A stretch of DNA of 64,000 nucleotides from a virus (Duplodnaviria; Heunggongvirae; Uroviricota; Caudoviricetes), in IMG/VR virus record IMGVR_UViG_2872147552_000001; one strand, 5' to 3'. Both the position numbers and the translations under genes were made by a program. The notes under the pieces were generated by a model. That model had not been told where the DNA came from. It did not search any database and saw only the letters and a program-made list of their open reading frames with translations. This document shows positions 38,440 through 46,645 of the stretch, one piece after another (the stretch's first letter is position 1; each line of letters opens with the position of its first letter).

Positions 38440-38694
38440 TCATTTCGATTGATTATTTTCTCGACCATGTAGTTGAACATTCAAGGCAAACACCTCATTG
38501 ATCAACTCACCTAAAAGCTGTTCAACAAGTTCGCGATGCTCGCCAAGATGCAAGCACTTAATTGCCCATTCGTACAAGTTGAAAGCCTGCTCGCGATCTT
38601 TCATCATTTCACGGGCCTGGGCCAGAAAATCGCTCTCTACGAGCGCAACGACATTAGTCGGGTATGACATGTTGGTTTCCTTAAAGTGGTTCAT
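38440..38694 (-). CDS. hypothetical small protein
   Basis: 84-aa ORF downstream of nested hairpin element copy 2. Confidence 0.4.
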   Translation of the reverse strand: MNHFKETNMSYPTNVVALVESDFLAQAREMMKDREQAFNLYEWAIKCLHLGEHRELVEQLLGELINEVFALNVQLHGRENNQSK

Positions 38695-38750
38695 AAAATC
38701 GATTTTAAAGCGTCTGGGAAGGGGTTCTAGTGGATTCTGTAGTGGTGTTC

Positions 38751-38850
38751 AGGTCTGGGAGTCTCTGATATAAAACAGCCTGCTTCCGTATATTAATAAT
38801 TAATATGTAGTTATTTATATATACAGAAGCAGGCTAATTACAGACGCCAG
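38751..38850. repeat. nested inverted-repeat element, copy 2
   Basis: Shares AGGTCTGGG and the GCCTGCTTCCGTATAT / TATATACAGAAGCAGG arms with the copy at 8250-8349. Confidence 0.6.
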
Positions 38851-38856
38851 AACAAA

Positions 38857-39450
38857 CTAAGCAGCCTTCTTTGATGGTCTTTTTTTCCTGATCACATTCG
38901 CAGGATCATACCCTCCCAGACTTTTCATGACATCCAAAGGGATCTTGCTTATAGAGTGCCCAGCGTCCTGACAGAATCCTCGAAAAACAACGAGCATACT
39001 GCCACCGGGGTTGATGTTTACTTCTACCTGACCCAGATTGACGTCAGGCTCGACAAACGCTACGCGGCCACCAGACAGAATAATCGTCTCATTCGCACAC
39101 TCTGTTGCACGCTCATACCACTTTGTATCGAGGGATTGAGGAATTAGCATCACTGTTGTAACTCCGCGAGCCTGCTCACGTATAGCCGCATCAATCCAGG
39201 GGGAGATTTTGGAGTAGGGTGGATTGAGGAAGGCAATTGTACCTGGCTGCCCCCATTCAGATTTCAAAGCATCACGCTCAACGCCTATGAAATTAGGCAG
39301 CTTCGCATTATCCTTGTTGCAGGCAACGTCAACATCAAATGTCACTCCAAGATAACGTTGAATGGCAGAAAACAGCCAGTCAGGTGTTCTCCAGAGGTCA
39401 CGAAGAGAGTTGTCGCGCTTTCGCTGTTTGATTTTTTCGGCTGCAATCAT
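38857..39450 (-). CDS. phage-type DNA N6-adenine methyltransferase (Dam-like)
   Basis: IAFLNPPYS catalytic motif and overall size (197 aa) typical of phage Dam-family enzymes; palindromic motif 39461-39481 immediately upstream. Confidence 0.7.
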   Translation of the reverse strand: MIAAEKIKQRKRDNSLRDLWRTPDWLFSAIQRYLGVTFDVDVACNKDNAKLPNFIGVERDALKSEWGQPGTIAFLNPPYSKISPWIDAAIREQARGVTTVMLIPQSLDTKWYERATECANETIILSGGRVAFVEPDVNLGQVEVNINPGGSMLVVFRGFCQDAGHSISKIPLDVMKSLGGYDPANVIRKKRPSKKAA

Positions 39451-39633
39451 CTTCTTTCTCGATAGGTAAGTGATTACCTATTTTTGCATTTGATTTTATG
39501 TCTGGCAATCAAATAAAACGCGACAGAAATGCAAACGAGAAGCTCTCTGGCGCGTTTTTGTGGTGCTGGATATGTGATTGGCTTACCCAGCACTATAAAG
39601 CTCTCTATGGGCTTTATTTTCAGTAGGGGGACG

Positions 39634-40443
39634 TCATCCAATAGTGTACTCCGCGACAAACTTCTTAACGATCGGTGATTCTTCGTTCAATGTTAGATTT
39701 CCACCGTCTCTAACAGCAATTCCTGTAGCTGGAAATACAGCCATCATTTGCCCAGCCTGAGTTGACGCAGTGTTAAGCGGATACGGTTTTTCTGGATTGC
39801 TCATTAAAGCAATCTTAATACTATTACTTGTAGCCTTCTTTTCTGTGAGAAGGTGTCTCATGGAAATTACCGTGTAAACACTAATATCTGGACCTCCGCT
39901 AAACCAATTAAGAAGGTTTAATATCTTATCCTTTGCTTTGACAGGCGCGTTTTCGTAAGCGTCTAAGAAAATATCTTTTTCTAAGCCTGCTTTATTGAAA
40001 AACAAATCATCTTTATCACTTAAAGTAAAACGAGGACCTCTTGCAGTACGAGCTTTTTTATTTGTATTGCTATCATTTGACTGTTGAACTTTTAATTCAT
40101 CATTAACCTCAACACACTCTTCAACCTCAATAAACCCCAATTGTTCTGGCTCGTTTTCGGCAGATTCAACACTTTCAGCCTTAATTACGTTTATAGGCTC
40201 ATGAGCTAACTCCAACTCATTTAAAGCGGAGCTGAAATCACCTGCTTTTCCTTCATTGAACAGTTCTTCGGCAACATCATCAGAACTCATGGCTACGCCA
40301 GCATCGAGGCCGAGAAGCAGATCGTCAATATCATCAGTATTTTCAACCTGTGCAGCTTTTTTTACTGGTTCATCAAGTGATTGCAACATGGCTGTCAGCT
40401 CATCCAGATCATCATTTGTCATTACATTTTCAACCGAACTCAT
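39634..40443 (-). CDS. highly acidic protein, hypothetical (DNA-mimic-type anti-restriction candidate)
   Basis: N-terminal 130 aa about 30 percent D/E (DDLDELTAMLQSLDEP..., ESVESAENEPEQ); lower-GC segment. Confidence 0.4.
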   Translation of the reverse strand: MSSVENVMTNDDLDELTAMLQSLDEPVKKAAQVENTDDIDDLLLGLDAGVAMSSDDVAEELFNEGKAGDFSSALNELELAHEPINVIKAESVESAENEPEQLGFIEVEECVEVNDELKVQQSNDSNTNKKARTARGPRFTLSDKDDLFFNKAGLEKDIFLDAYENAPVKAKDKILNLLNWFSGGPDISVYTVISMRHLLTEKKATSNSIKIALMSNPEKPYPLNTASTQAGQMMAVFPATGIAVRDGGNLTLNEESPIVKKFVAEYTIG

Positions 40444-40601
40444 GTAAGTCTCCTTCTGTTTGGTTACATTTGCGTTTCGATGGCTACATTTTGACTAAAC
40501 CTATCAGGCGGAAAAGTATTAAATACAGGCAGGAAATGATTGAAAGGCGACTGTTCTTTAAAAGAAAGCCTACTTTAAACTTTTTAAAGTAGGCTTTTGT
40601 T

Positions 40602-41159
40602 TTACACAATTTCAGAGGGTAATTTAAAAAATCCGTACTTATTACGTGCCTTAAAGAAGCATTGCATCATTAAGTTTGTGTCATATAAGGCACTATGTGC
40701 TTTGGCATGATCGTATATAAAGCCAAGAGAGAAGGCCAACTCTTCAAGGCGGGGACGTTTACCGTCTTCTGTGGCCCACAATCCCGATAACATAGTATCT
40801 ATAACAGGAACTTCTGGCAGTCTTACTCCATACCCTGAAAACTCGTGTCGAATAAATGGTATATCAAATGCTTCGCCGTTATGAGCAACCCACACACTAC
40901 ATGCCCCCATATAAGCGCCAATTTCGCTGGCATGATTTGACAACAAAGGTTCAGCTGCGAGCTGTTCCAATGAAATGCCATGAACGGCTTGAGCTTTCGG
41001 ATCTATGTTTCTGCGAGGGTTAAAACGCATCTCCAGACTATCAATATGTCTCTGTGTCTCCAGTTCATAGCGGGTAATTGCGATTTCAATAATTTTATGA
41101 CCAGCAAGGAAATCCAGTCCCGTAGACTCGATATCGATGCCTGCAACAATCGTTGTCAT
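40602..41159 (-). CDS. DnaQ-like 3'-5' exonuclease (DEDDh)
   Basis: Exo I DIESTG, Exo II HNGEAFDIPF, Exo III HSALYD. Confidence 0.75.
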   Translation of the reverse strand: MTTIVAGIDIESTGLDFLAGHKIIEIAITRYELETQRHIDSLEMRFNPRRNIDPKAQAVHGISLEQLAAEPLLSNHASEIGAYMGACSVWVAHNGEAFDIPFIRHEFSGYGVRLPEVPVIDTMLSGLWATEDGKRPRLEELAFSLGFIYDHAKAHSALYDTNLMMQCFFKARNKYGFFKLPSEIV

Positions 41160-41168
41160 CAGAACTCC

Positions 41169-41588
41169 TTACAACTTCTTAGCGCCCTTAAGTAGTGCGC
41201 TACGTACAAATTGAGCCGCTTTTTTCAAAGTTTCTTCACTGGTTTCACAGACAATCGGATCTTTCCACTTACCTGACACAGTGTTGAGAATATTGATTTG
41301 GTTGCTATCCAGACAAACAGAGATATAAAGCACCGTGCCACCAGCCAGCATCAAATGCATAGGAAACAGAGGCTTTTTACTGCCTTCACTGAACTGAGAC
41401 ATGGCGATGTTAATGGCTTCACCCACTTGTGTACCAACAAGCCCCTGCGCAGTTTCGAATATGGCACGAATAGCCAGACGAGCCTCTCGATCGCTCATAA
41501 GCGACCGGGAATGTTCGTCCGCTACACGAATCAAAGCCTCTGTTGTTTTCCGATCCAGTTCATCTTCAAGCAACATTTCACTAAACAT
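41169..41588 (-). CDS. hypothetical protein
   Basis: 139-aa ORF. Confidence 0.35.
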   Translation of the reverse strand: MFSEMLLEDELDRKTTEALIRVADEHSRSLMSDREARLAIRAIFETAQGLVGTQVGEAINIAMSQFSEGSKKPLFPMHLMLAGGTVLYISVCLDSNQINILNTVSGKWKDPIVCETSEETLKKAAQFVRSALLKGAKKL

Positions 41589-41649
41589 TTTTTATCCTTA
41601 ACCCATTTTGAGAGTTTTATTGTCGCAATGTCGAAGAGGCGAACAATTT

Positions 41650-42294
41650 CTAATGAACGGTCACTCGGCCACAGAACCGGTTTTCTATCTTTTCTACAGC
41701 GTTATCTAGCATTCTCATCACTGATCTGGCTCTTGCTTCAACCGTGCGATATCGGTTGGAAACGACGAAGGTTTGCAGATCCCCCCTTTGCGGATGCAGG
41801 TGAATTTTTGTCAGTTCCCCGCACATCAACGCATCAATACGAGCGACATACAGACGGTCTAATGATGCTCGTTGTGATCGCAAGTAATCTCGCTCTGAGA
41901 GAGCGACTCCCGGGCGTAGGCCAGCAATGGCGTTAAAGTTTGAAATAGCAGTTTTGTGGCAAAACTTTTCGATATCGAGGGCTAACTCAATACACCGATC
42001 TTCATTTGTATGGCCGACCAAATCCAACGTGTAGGCCATAACATCAGCAGGTGTGCGATCGATAACAAAGCCTTCAACACCACGTGTAAGTAGCTCTATA
42101 TGCTTTGCTATTTCCATTTGAATCTGAAGCCGCTCATATAGAGGCATAGACTCACCTACTCGAACACCGAGGCGGCTCATCAAACTTCCGACACCAGCAT
42201 CCACGTAAGGGATTCCGTAATGTTTGTCGATATATTTAGCCAGGGTTGTTTTCCCACTGCCCTGAGCACCAGTGATCCCAATCCGGTAATCCAT
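41650..42294 (-). CDS. P-loop nucleotide kinase (possible dNMP/thymidylate-type kinase)
   Basis: Walker A GITGAQGSGKTTLAKYI at N-terminus, DRT segment resembling the kinase DRY/DRX motif; embedded among nucleotide-metabolism genes. Confidence 0.5.
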   Translation of the reverse strand: MDYRIGITGAQGSGKTTLAKYIDKHYGIPYVDAGVGSLMSRLGVRVGESMPLYERLQIQMEIAKHIELLTRGVEGFVIDRTPADVMAYTLDLVGHTNEDRCIELALDIEKFCHKTAISNFNAIAGLRPGVALSERDYLRSQRASLDRLYVARIDALMCGELTKIHLHPQRGDLQTFVVSNRYRTVEARARSVMRMLDNAVEKIENRFCGRVTVH

Positions 42295-42770
42295 TACGAC
42301 CTTCTGTATACGATCTGCGAAAAGCCAGGCTCTTCCTCGCTGGCTCGTTGGGTAAAAACTGTTTCAACAGGCACAAAGCCTAAATTACGCATCATGCTTG
42401 CCGGGAAGAATGCATCGGCGTTTGGCACATCAACGCCGATGTGGGAGAGCCAAATCTCTTCAACATGCGGCATGAATAGCGAGTAAATTTGTTCCCCGCC
42501 AATCACCCACACAGGCTCTGGTAATCGCAACACATCATCCACACCAGCAGGGTAGAATCCATTTGGTACAAAGCCATGAGAGCGCGTCAAAACGAGGTTA
42601 TGACGCTCTGGAAGAGGGCGTTTGAGACTTTCCATCGTTTTACGCCCCATAACGACAGTGGCGTTTTTGGTGAGTCTCTTAAATAGCTTCAGATCGGTAG
42701 AACAACGCCAGGGGAGTTCATTCGCTATGCCGATCTCATAGTTACGGCCAACAGCAGCGATCATCTTCAT
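42294..42770 (-). CDS. dihydrofolate reductase
   Basis: MKMIAAVGRNYEIGIANELPW... with the DHFR-type N-terminal M-I-A-A and GRKT motifs; 158 aa. Confidence 0.8.
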   Translation of the reverse strand: MKMIAAVGRNYEIGIANELPWRCSTDLKLFKRLTKNATVVMGRKTMESLKRPLPERHNLVLTRSHGFVPNGFYPAGVDDVLRLPEPVWVIGGEQIYSLFMPHVEEIWLSHIGVDVPNADAFFPASMMRNLGFVPVETVFTQRASEEEPGFSQIVYRRS

Positions 42771-43180
42771 TTGCTCACCTCATAGATGACCGGTCGATGG
42801 TGAGAGTCGGCTAAAGCGGCACGGAGTCGAGGATCGTGCACCAGCGCAGCGATAAGCAGATCGCCTTTATGCTCCGCTAATGTGCGCTTAATATGCTTCT
42901 CATAACTGGTGCCATTCGGTACGAGATGAAGCCAGTCATAATCAACGCCAAAATCTTTCAGCCATCGTTTAGTTGGCGCTTCAAGAGTTTCAGAGCGGCT
43001 ACTGATAAGCACCACTTCAGCCCCTGAGCGAGCAAAACCACGCAACATACGGCTGGTGGGGAAAATGAGTTCATCACCGGCAATGAGCTGGCCTGCATCC
43101 GCGTCAGATACTGATTTACGATGGCTGGCATTTGCCAGCACACCTTCAATTTCGCATAAGACATACATACCTCTTGCCAT
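42767..43180 (-). CDS. hypothetical protein (possible degenerate HAD-type phosphatase)
   Basis: Track ORF trimmed to internal ATG at 43180 to avoid a 110-nt overlap with the thymidylate synthase gene. Confidence 0.3.
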   Translation of the reverse strand: MARGMYVLCEIEGVLANASHRKSVSDADAGQLIAGDELIFPTSRMLRGFARSGAEVVLISSRSETLEAPTKRWLKDFGVDYDWLHLVPNGTSYEKHIKRTLAEHKGDLLIAALVHDPRLRAALADSHHRPVIYEVSK

Positions 43181-43181
43181 A

Positions 43182-44285
43182 TCACACCGCCACTGGAACC
43201 TTGATCCACGGAAGAGTGCTGTAGCCGCACACCTGCACACCTTCCCATTTGAAGTCGTCCAGTTCGGCCCATTCATGCGGGAAGATGACAACCGGGTCGG
43301 ACTCTTTGGGCGGCTCGCGCTTCATCAGTTCCTCAACGCCTTCCATGTGGTTGTTGTACAAATGCACGTCAAAGCCAAAATGCACGAATGCGCCAGCCAT
43401 GTGGCCGGTGATCTTCGCGAGGAAGTGGGTGAGAATGCCGTAACCGGCGATGTTGAACGGCATACCAACAAAGGTATCGACACTGCGTTGAACCAGGCAT
43501 GAGTTCAGAATGCGTTTCGGGATGCCCAGCTCGTCCAGCATGTTCTCAGTAATGCCGCCATCTCTTTCCAGAAGACACAGCATCTGGGTGTAAATGGACT
43601 CGTGGCCGTGGCGGTTGTGCTGTATACCAATGTCAGTTGCCATCGTTAAACGGGTTTCAAAATCCAGCTCACGACTCCACAAAGAGAAGACAAAGTGGCA
43701 AGGTGGCAGTTTCATATCCTCAAGCTCGCCTACGTTCCATGCGTTAAGCATGATGCGACGATCGGTAGGGTTCGTGCGCAGTGTATCGACAATACGCTGT
43801 AGCTGATCGATTTCACGGGACAGCACTACGCGATCTTCACTGATACCCAGGTATCCCTCGACTCTGTACCCGCGTTCACGGAAAGTAGCGATCTTGCTCA
43901 GATATTCACTATGGCTCACGATGCGGGTATCTTCCCATCGACGCCACTGCTTACCGTAAACCGGCCCCAAATCGCCATTCTCATCGGCCCATGCATCCCA
44001 AATCTTAACGCCGTTATCCTTGAGAAATTGGATGTTGCCCGTGCCTTTCAGATACCACTCAAGTTCGACAAGCAGTGGCTTAAGATTTACCGCCTTTCCA
44101 GAAATAAGCGGCACAGTCCCACCAGTAAGCATGTAATAAGAGGGAACGTAGCAGGTGCTTAAAGTACCAGTGCCTGTGCGATCATCAGCCTGCACGCCGC
44201 TTTTAAGCACCGTCTCAATAACTTTTGCATACGATGCGTTTGTTACCTGACCGTTCGTATGCTCTCGATTCAAAAGGAGTGACAC
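43182..44285 (-). CDS. thymidylate synthase family enzyme with ~100-aa internal insertion
   Basis: DDRTGTGT, LGPVYGKQWR, RRIMLNAW...LPPCHFVF and QRSVD...MPFNIAGY match ThyA active-site motifs; 367 aa versus about 264-290 for typical enzymes; GTG start. Confidence 0.7.
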   Translation of the reverse strand: MSLLLNREHTNGQVTNASYAKVIETVLKSGVQADDRTGTGTLSTCYVPSYYMLTGGTVPLISGKAVNLKPLLVELEWYLKGTGNIQFLKDNGVKIWDAWADENGDLGPVYGKQWRRWEDTRIVSHSEYLSKIATFRERGYRVEGYLGISEDRVVLSREIDQLQRIVDTLRTNPTDRRIMLNAWNVGELEDMKLPPCHFVFSLWSRELDFETRLTMATDIGIQHNRHGHESIYTQMLCLLERDGGITENMLDELGIPKRILNSCLVQRSVDTFVGMPFNIAGYGILTHFLAKITGHMAGAFVHFGFDVHLYNNHMEGVEELMKREPPKESDPVVIFPHEWAELDDFKWEGVQVCGYSTLPWIKVPVAV

Positions 44286-44455
44286 AAAAACCTCACAAAG
44301 ATAAGTAATTACTTATTCATCATGTGAGTTTACATTCATTGAGAGAACAAGACCAGACAGATAAAAAAATGGTGGCCATAGGCCACCAAAACGAATAGTC
44401 ATTCCAGAGTTTTATTACGCATGTTAAATATACATAGATAGATAACTACCTACAA

Positions 44456-45325
44456 TTATTTTTTGATCATTCCGTACATTGCTGAGGCTTTAGCTTGCTC
44501 AACAAAGGAGGATAAATCGACATCACTATAGGTTGGAGACTTCAGAATCTTTCCATCGGAAATTCGAAAACCGATCATCTTATCGGTGCCATCAGCATGG
44601 CGGAATCCCAGATCTGAAGAGTCGTATTTGCAGTTGGCCACAGCCTGGCGACGTTCCTCAACATCAGCAGGCCATAATTTTGTCATGTTAGACCGATGAA
44701 TTTCGCCAACCAGCTCGACGACATTGATACCGAGGAAATCAGCCAGTCGATAAGTCATCATGCACGCCACATAGATTTTGTTCATTACACGGCGCAGTTC
44801 CTGAATCAGCTCAGAATCCTTAACAGCCTTCTTCTCAAGTTTATCTGCCAGCTCTTCGAGCATACATGACGCCTCACGAGCTTCCTGAAATGGCATTGCC
44901 ATATCATCGAAAACAGTGTTACCAGGCACAAAAATTGTCTGCATAAAGCGATCAATGCTCTGTTCCTGCGTGTAATAGGTCATGCCGGTAGAAATACCAC
45001 CTTTGATGGCGACCATCGTACCAACACCAACGTATAAAAAGTCGGCCATTGCATCCAGCAGTTGCTCAATATCCCCATTCATTGCAGCTGGAATACCTTC
45101 CACTACAGCTTCTTCATGAATCAGGCTTGCACGGAGACGAAGCAGCTCTGGTGTCGGCATAACGCGTCTCGGATGCTGGAAGAGTTCATGAAACTGATCG
45201 ACCATCTTGTAAATACTTTCAGTGGCTACACCATGGCCTTCATGCAACTCATATGGTTCTGGCTTAAATCCAATGAGTCGATCGGTGGCAAGTTTCAGGT
45301 GGTCAGTCAGTTTGGTAAAGTTCAT
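44456..45325 (-). CDS. hypothetical protein (possible all-alpha NTP pyrophosphohydrolase)
   Basis: 289-aa helical protein with E/D-rich segments between thyA-like and nrdB; assignment weak. Confidence 0.3.
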   Translation of the reverse strand: MNFTKLTDHLKLATDRLIGFKPEPYELHEGHGVATESIYKMVDQFHELFQHPRRVMPTPELLRLRASLIHEEAVVEGIPAAMNGDIEQLLDAMADFLYVGVGTMVAIKGGISTGMTYYTQEQSIDRFMQTIFVPGNTVFDDMAMPFQEAREASCMLEELADKLEKKAVKDSELIQELRRVMNKIYVACMMTYRLADFLGINVVELVGEIHRSNMTKLWPADVEERRQAVANCKYDSSDLGFRHADGTDKMIGFRISDGKILKSPTYSDVDLSSFVEQAKASAMYGMIKK

Positions 45326-45402
45326 GCTAGTTTTGTTCCTTCTTAATTCTTGTGATCCATTGTGGCCCAGCGTTGCCAGGCCACATAATGCTTTGTATCG
45401 GT

Positions 45403-46545
45403 TTACAGGTCTGCAAACTGGCTTAGAGAAGCCTTATCCACGGTAGAATCGATCTGACCTACCAGATATGTGCTTTGCTCTGCCTCTTGTGGTGCAATTT
45501 GCAGTGTGTCGGTTAACAACCACTTGTTCATCCAGACCAGCGGATCGGTGGTAACCTCTGGAAATAAAGCCTTCAGGCCAAGACGATTCATAGCCAGATT
45601 GGTGCGGTATTTTACATAGGTTTTGAGAATATCCGCGTTTAAACCAATCATCGAACCGTCTTTGAAGAGATAGTCTGCCCAGTTCATTTCTTGTTCGGCG
45701 ACTGATTTCATGGTGTCGTAAATGACGTTTTCTTCATCAGCAGCAATCTCTTTCCACAATAAACCTTCGCGACCGGTACGCATGAAGCGGATCATGCGTT
45801 CAGTTCCTTCGCAATGCAGAGCTTCATCACGGGCAATAAAGCGCATAATTTTGGTGTTACCCTCAAGCAACTTCCGTTCGCCAAAGGCAAACGTACATGC
45901 AAAACTTACATAGAAACGGATCGCCTCAAGCGCATTAATGGACACCAACGTGCGGAAAAGCTGACGGTGCAAAGGGTATGGCTCCCAGCCATATTCATTT
46001 ACGTACAGACGTTCAAACTCTTTCTCACCTAACGACTGGCGCTCGCAGGTCATCCCATAAAGCCTGTCATATTCAGCAGAGATACTGATCGCTCGGTTGA
46101 TGATTTCTTCATCCGTAACAATACCGTCAAAAACAATACTCGGATCGTCCACCATGCCACGAATAATGTGGGTGTAGCTGCGGCTATGGATAGTCTCAGA
46201 GAAAGACCACGTTTCAACCCACGTTTCCAGTTCAGGAATAGAGATAAGCGGCAGCAGAGTTGCGTTTGGGCTACGTCCCTGAACTGAATCGAGCAACGTT
46301 TGATAACGGAGATTACTCAGGAAAATGTGGCGTTCGTGGTCCCGCAGCTTCGTATTGAAGTCGATGCGATCGCTCGAAATATCAACTTCTTCCGGCCGCC
46401 AGAAGAAAGACAATTGACGTTCAATCAACTTTTCAAAATCACGGTATTTTTGTTGATCGTAACGTGCCACGTTGACAGATTGTCCGAGGAACATAGGCTC
46501 TTTGGTTGCATCATTAGCACCCAAACGGAACGTTGAATATGACAT
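45403..46545 (-). CDS. nrdB: ribonucleotide reductase class Ia beta subunit
   Basis: 380 aa with the di-iron/tyrosyl-radical region ([23 protein letters not shown]...) and C-terminal tail; AAAGGAAAAACAC RBS. Confidence 0.85.
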   Translation of the reverse strand: MSYSTFRLGANDATKEPMFLGQSVNVARYDQQKYRDFEKLIERQLSFFWRPEEVDISSDRIDFNTKLRDHERHIFLSNLRYQTLLDSVQGRSPNATLLPLISIPELETWVETWSFSETIHSRSYTHIIRGMVDDPSIVFDGIVTDEEIINRAISISAEYDRLYGMTCERQSLGEKEFERLYVNEYGWEPYPLHRQLFRTLVSINALEAIRFYVSFACTFAFGERKLLEGNTKIMRFIARDEALHCEGTERMIRFMRTGREGLLWKEIAADEENVIYDTMKSVAEQEMNWADYLFKDGSMIGLNADILKTYVKYRTNLAMNRLGLKALFPEVTTDPLVWMNKWLLTDTLQIAPQEAEQSTYLVGQIDSTVDKASLSQFADL

Positions 46546-46645
46546 GTGTTTTTCCTTTTTTGATGTGTTTAAACAAGTTGTTATCTTATGTGTTTAAACA
46601 AGGCTTACAAATCAAAGATAAGGTGGGGATATACCCCACCATATG

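Noticed and set aside
37856-38440. tRNA genes in the large non-coding regions (also 20.2-21.7 kb and 16.45-17.06 kb)
   Set aside because: I could not find a convincing cloverleaf with T-loop GTTCRANYC plus acceptor stem by eye. tRNAs cannot be excluded without tRNAscan-SE, so none is reported.
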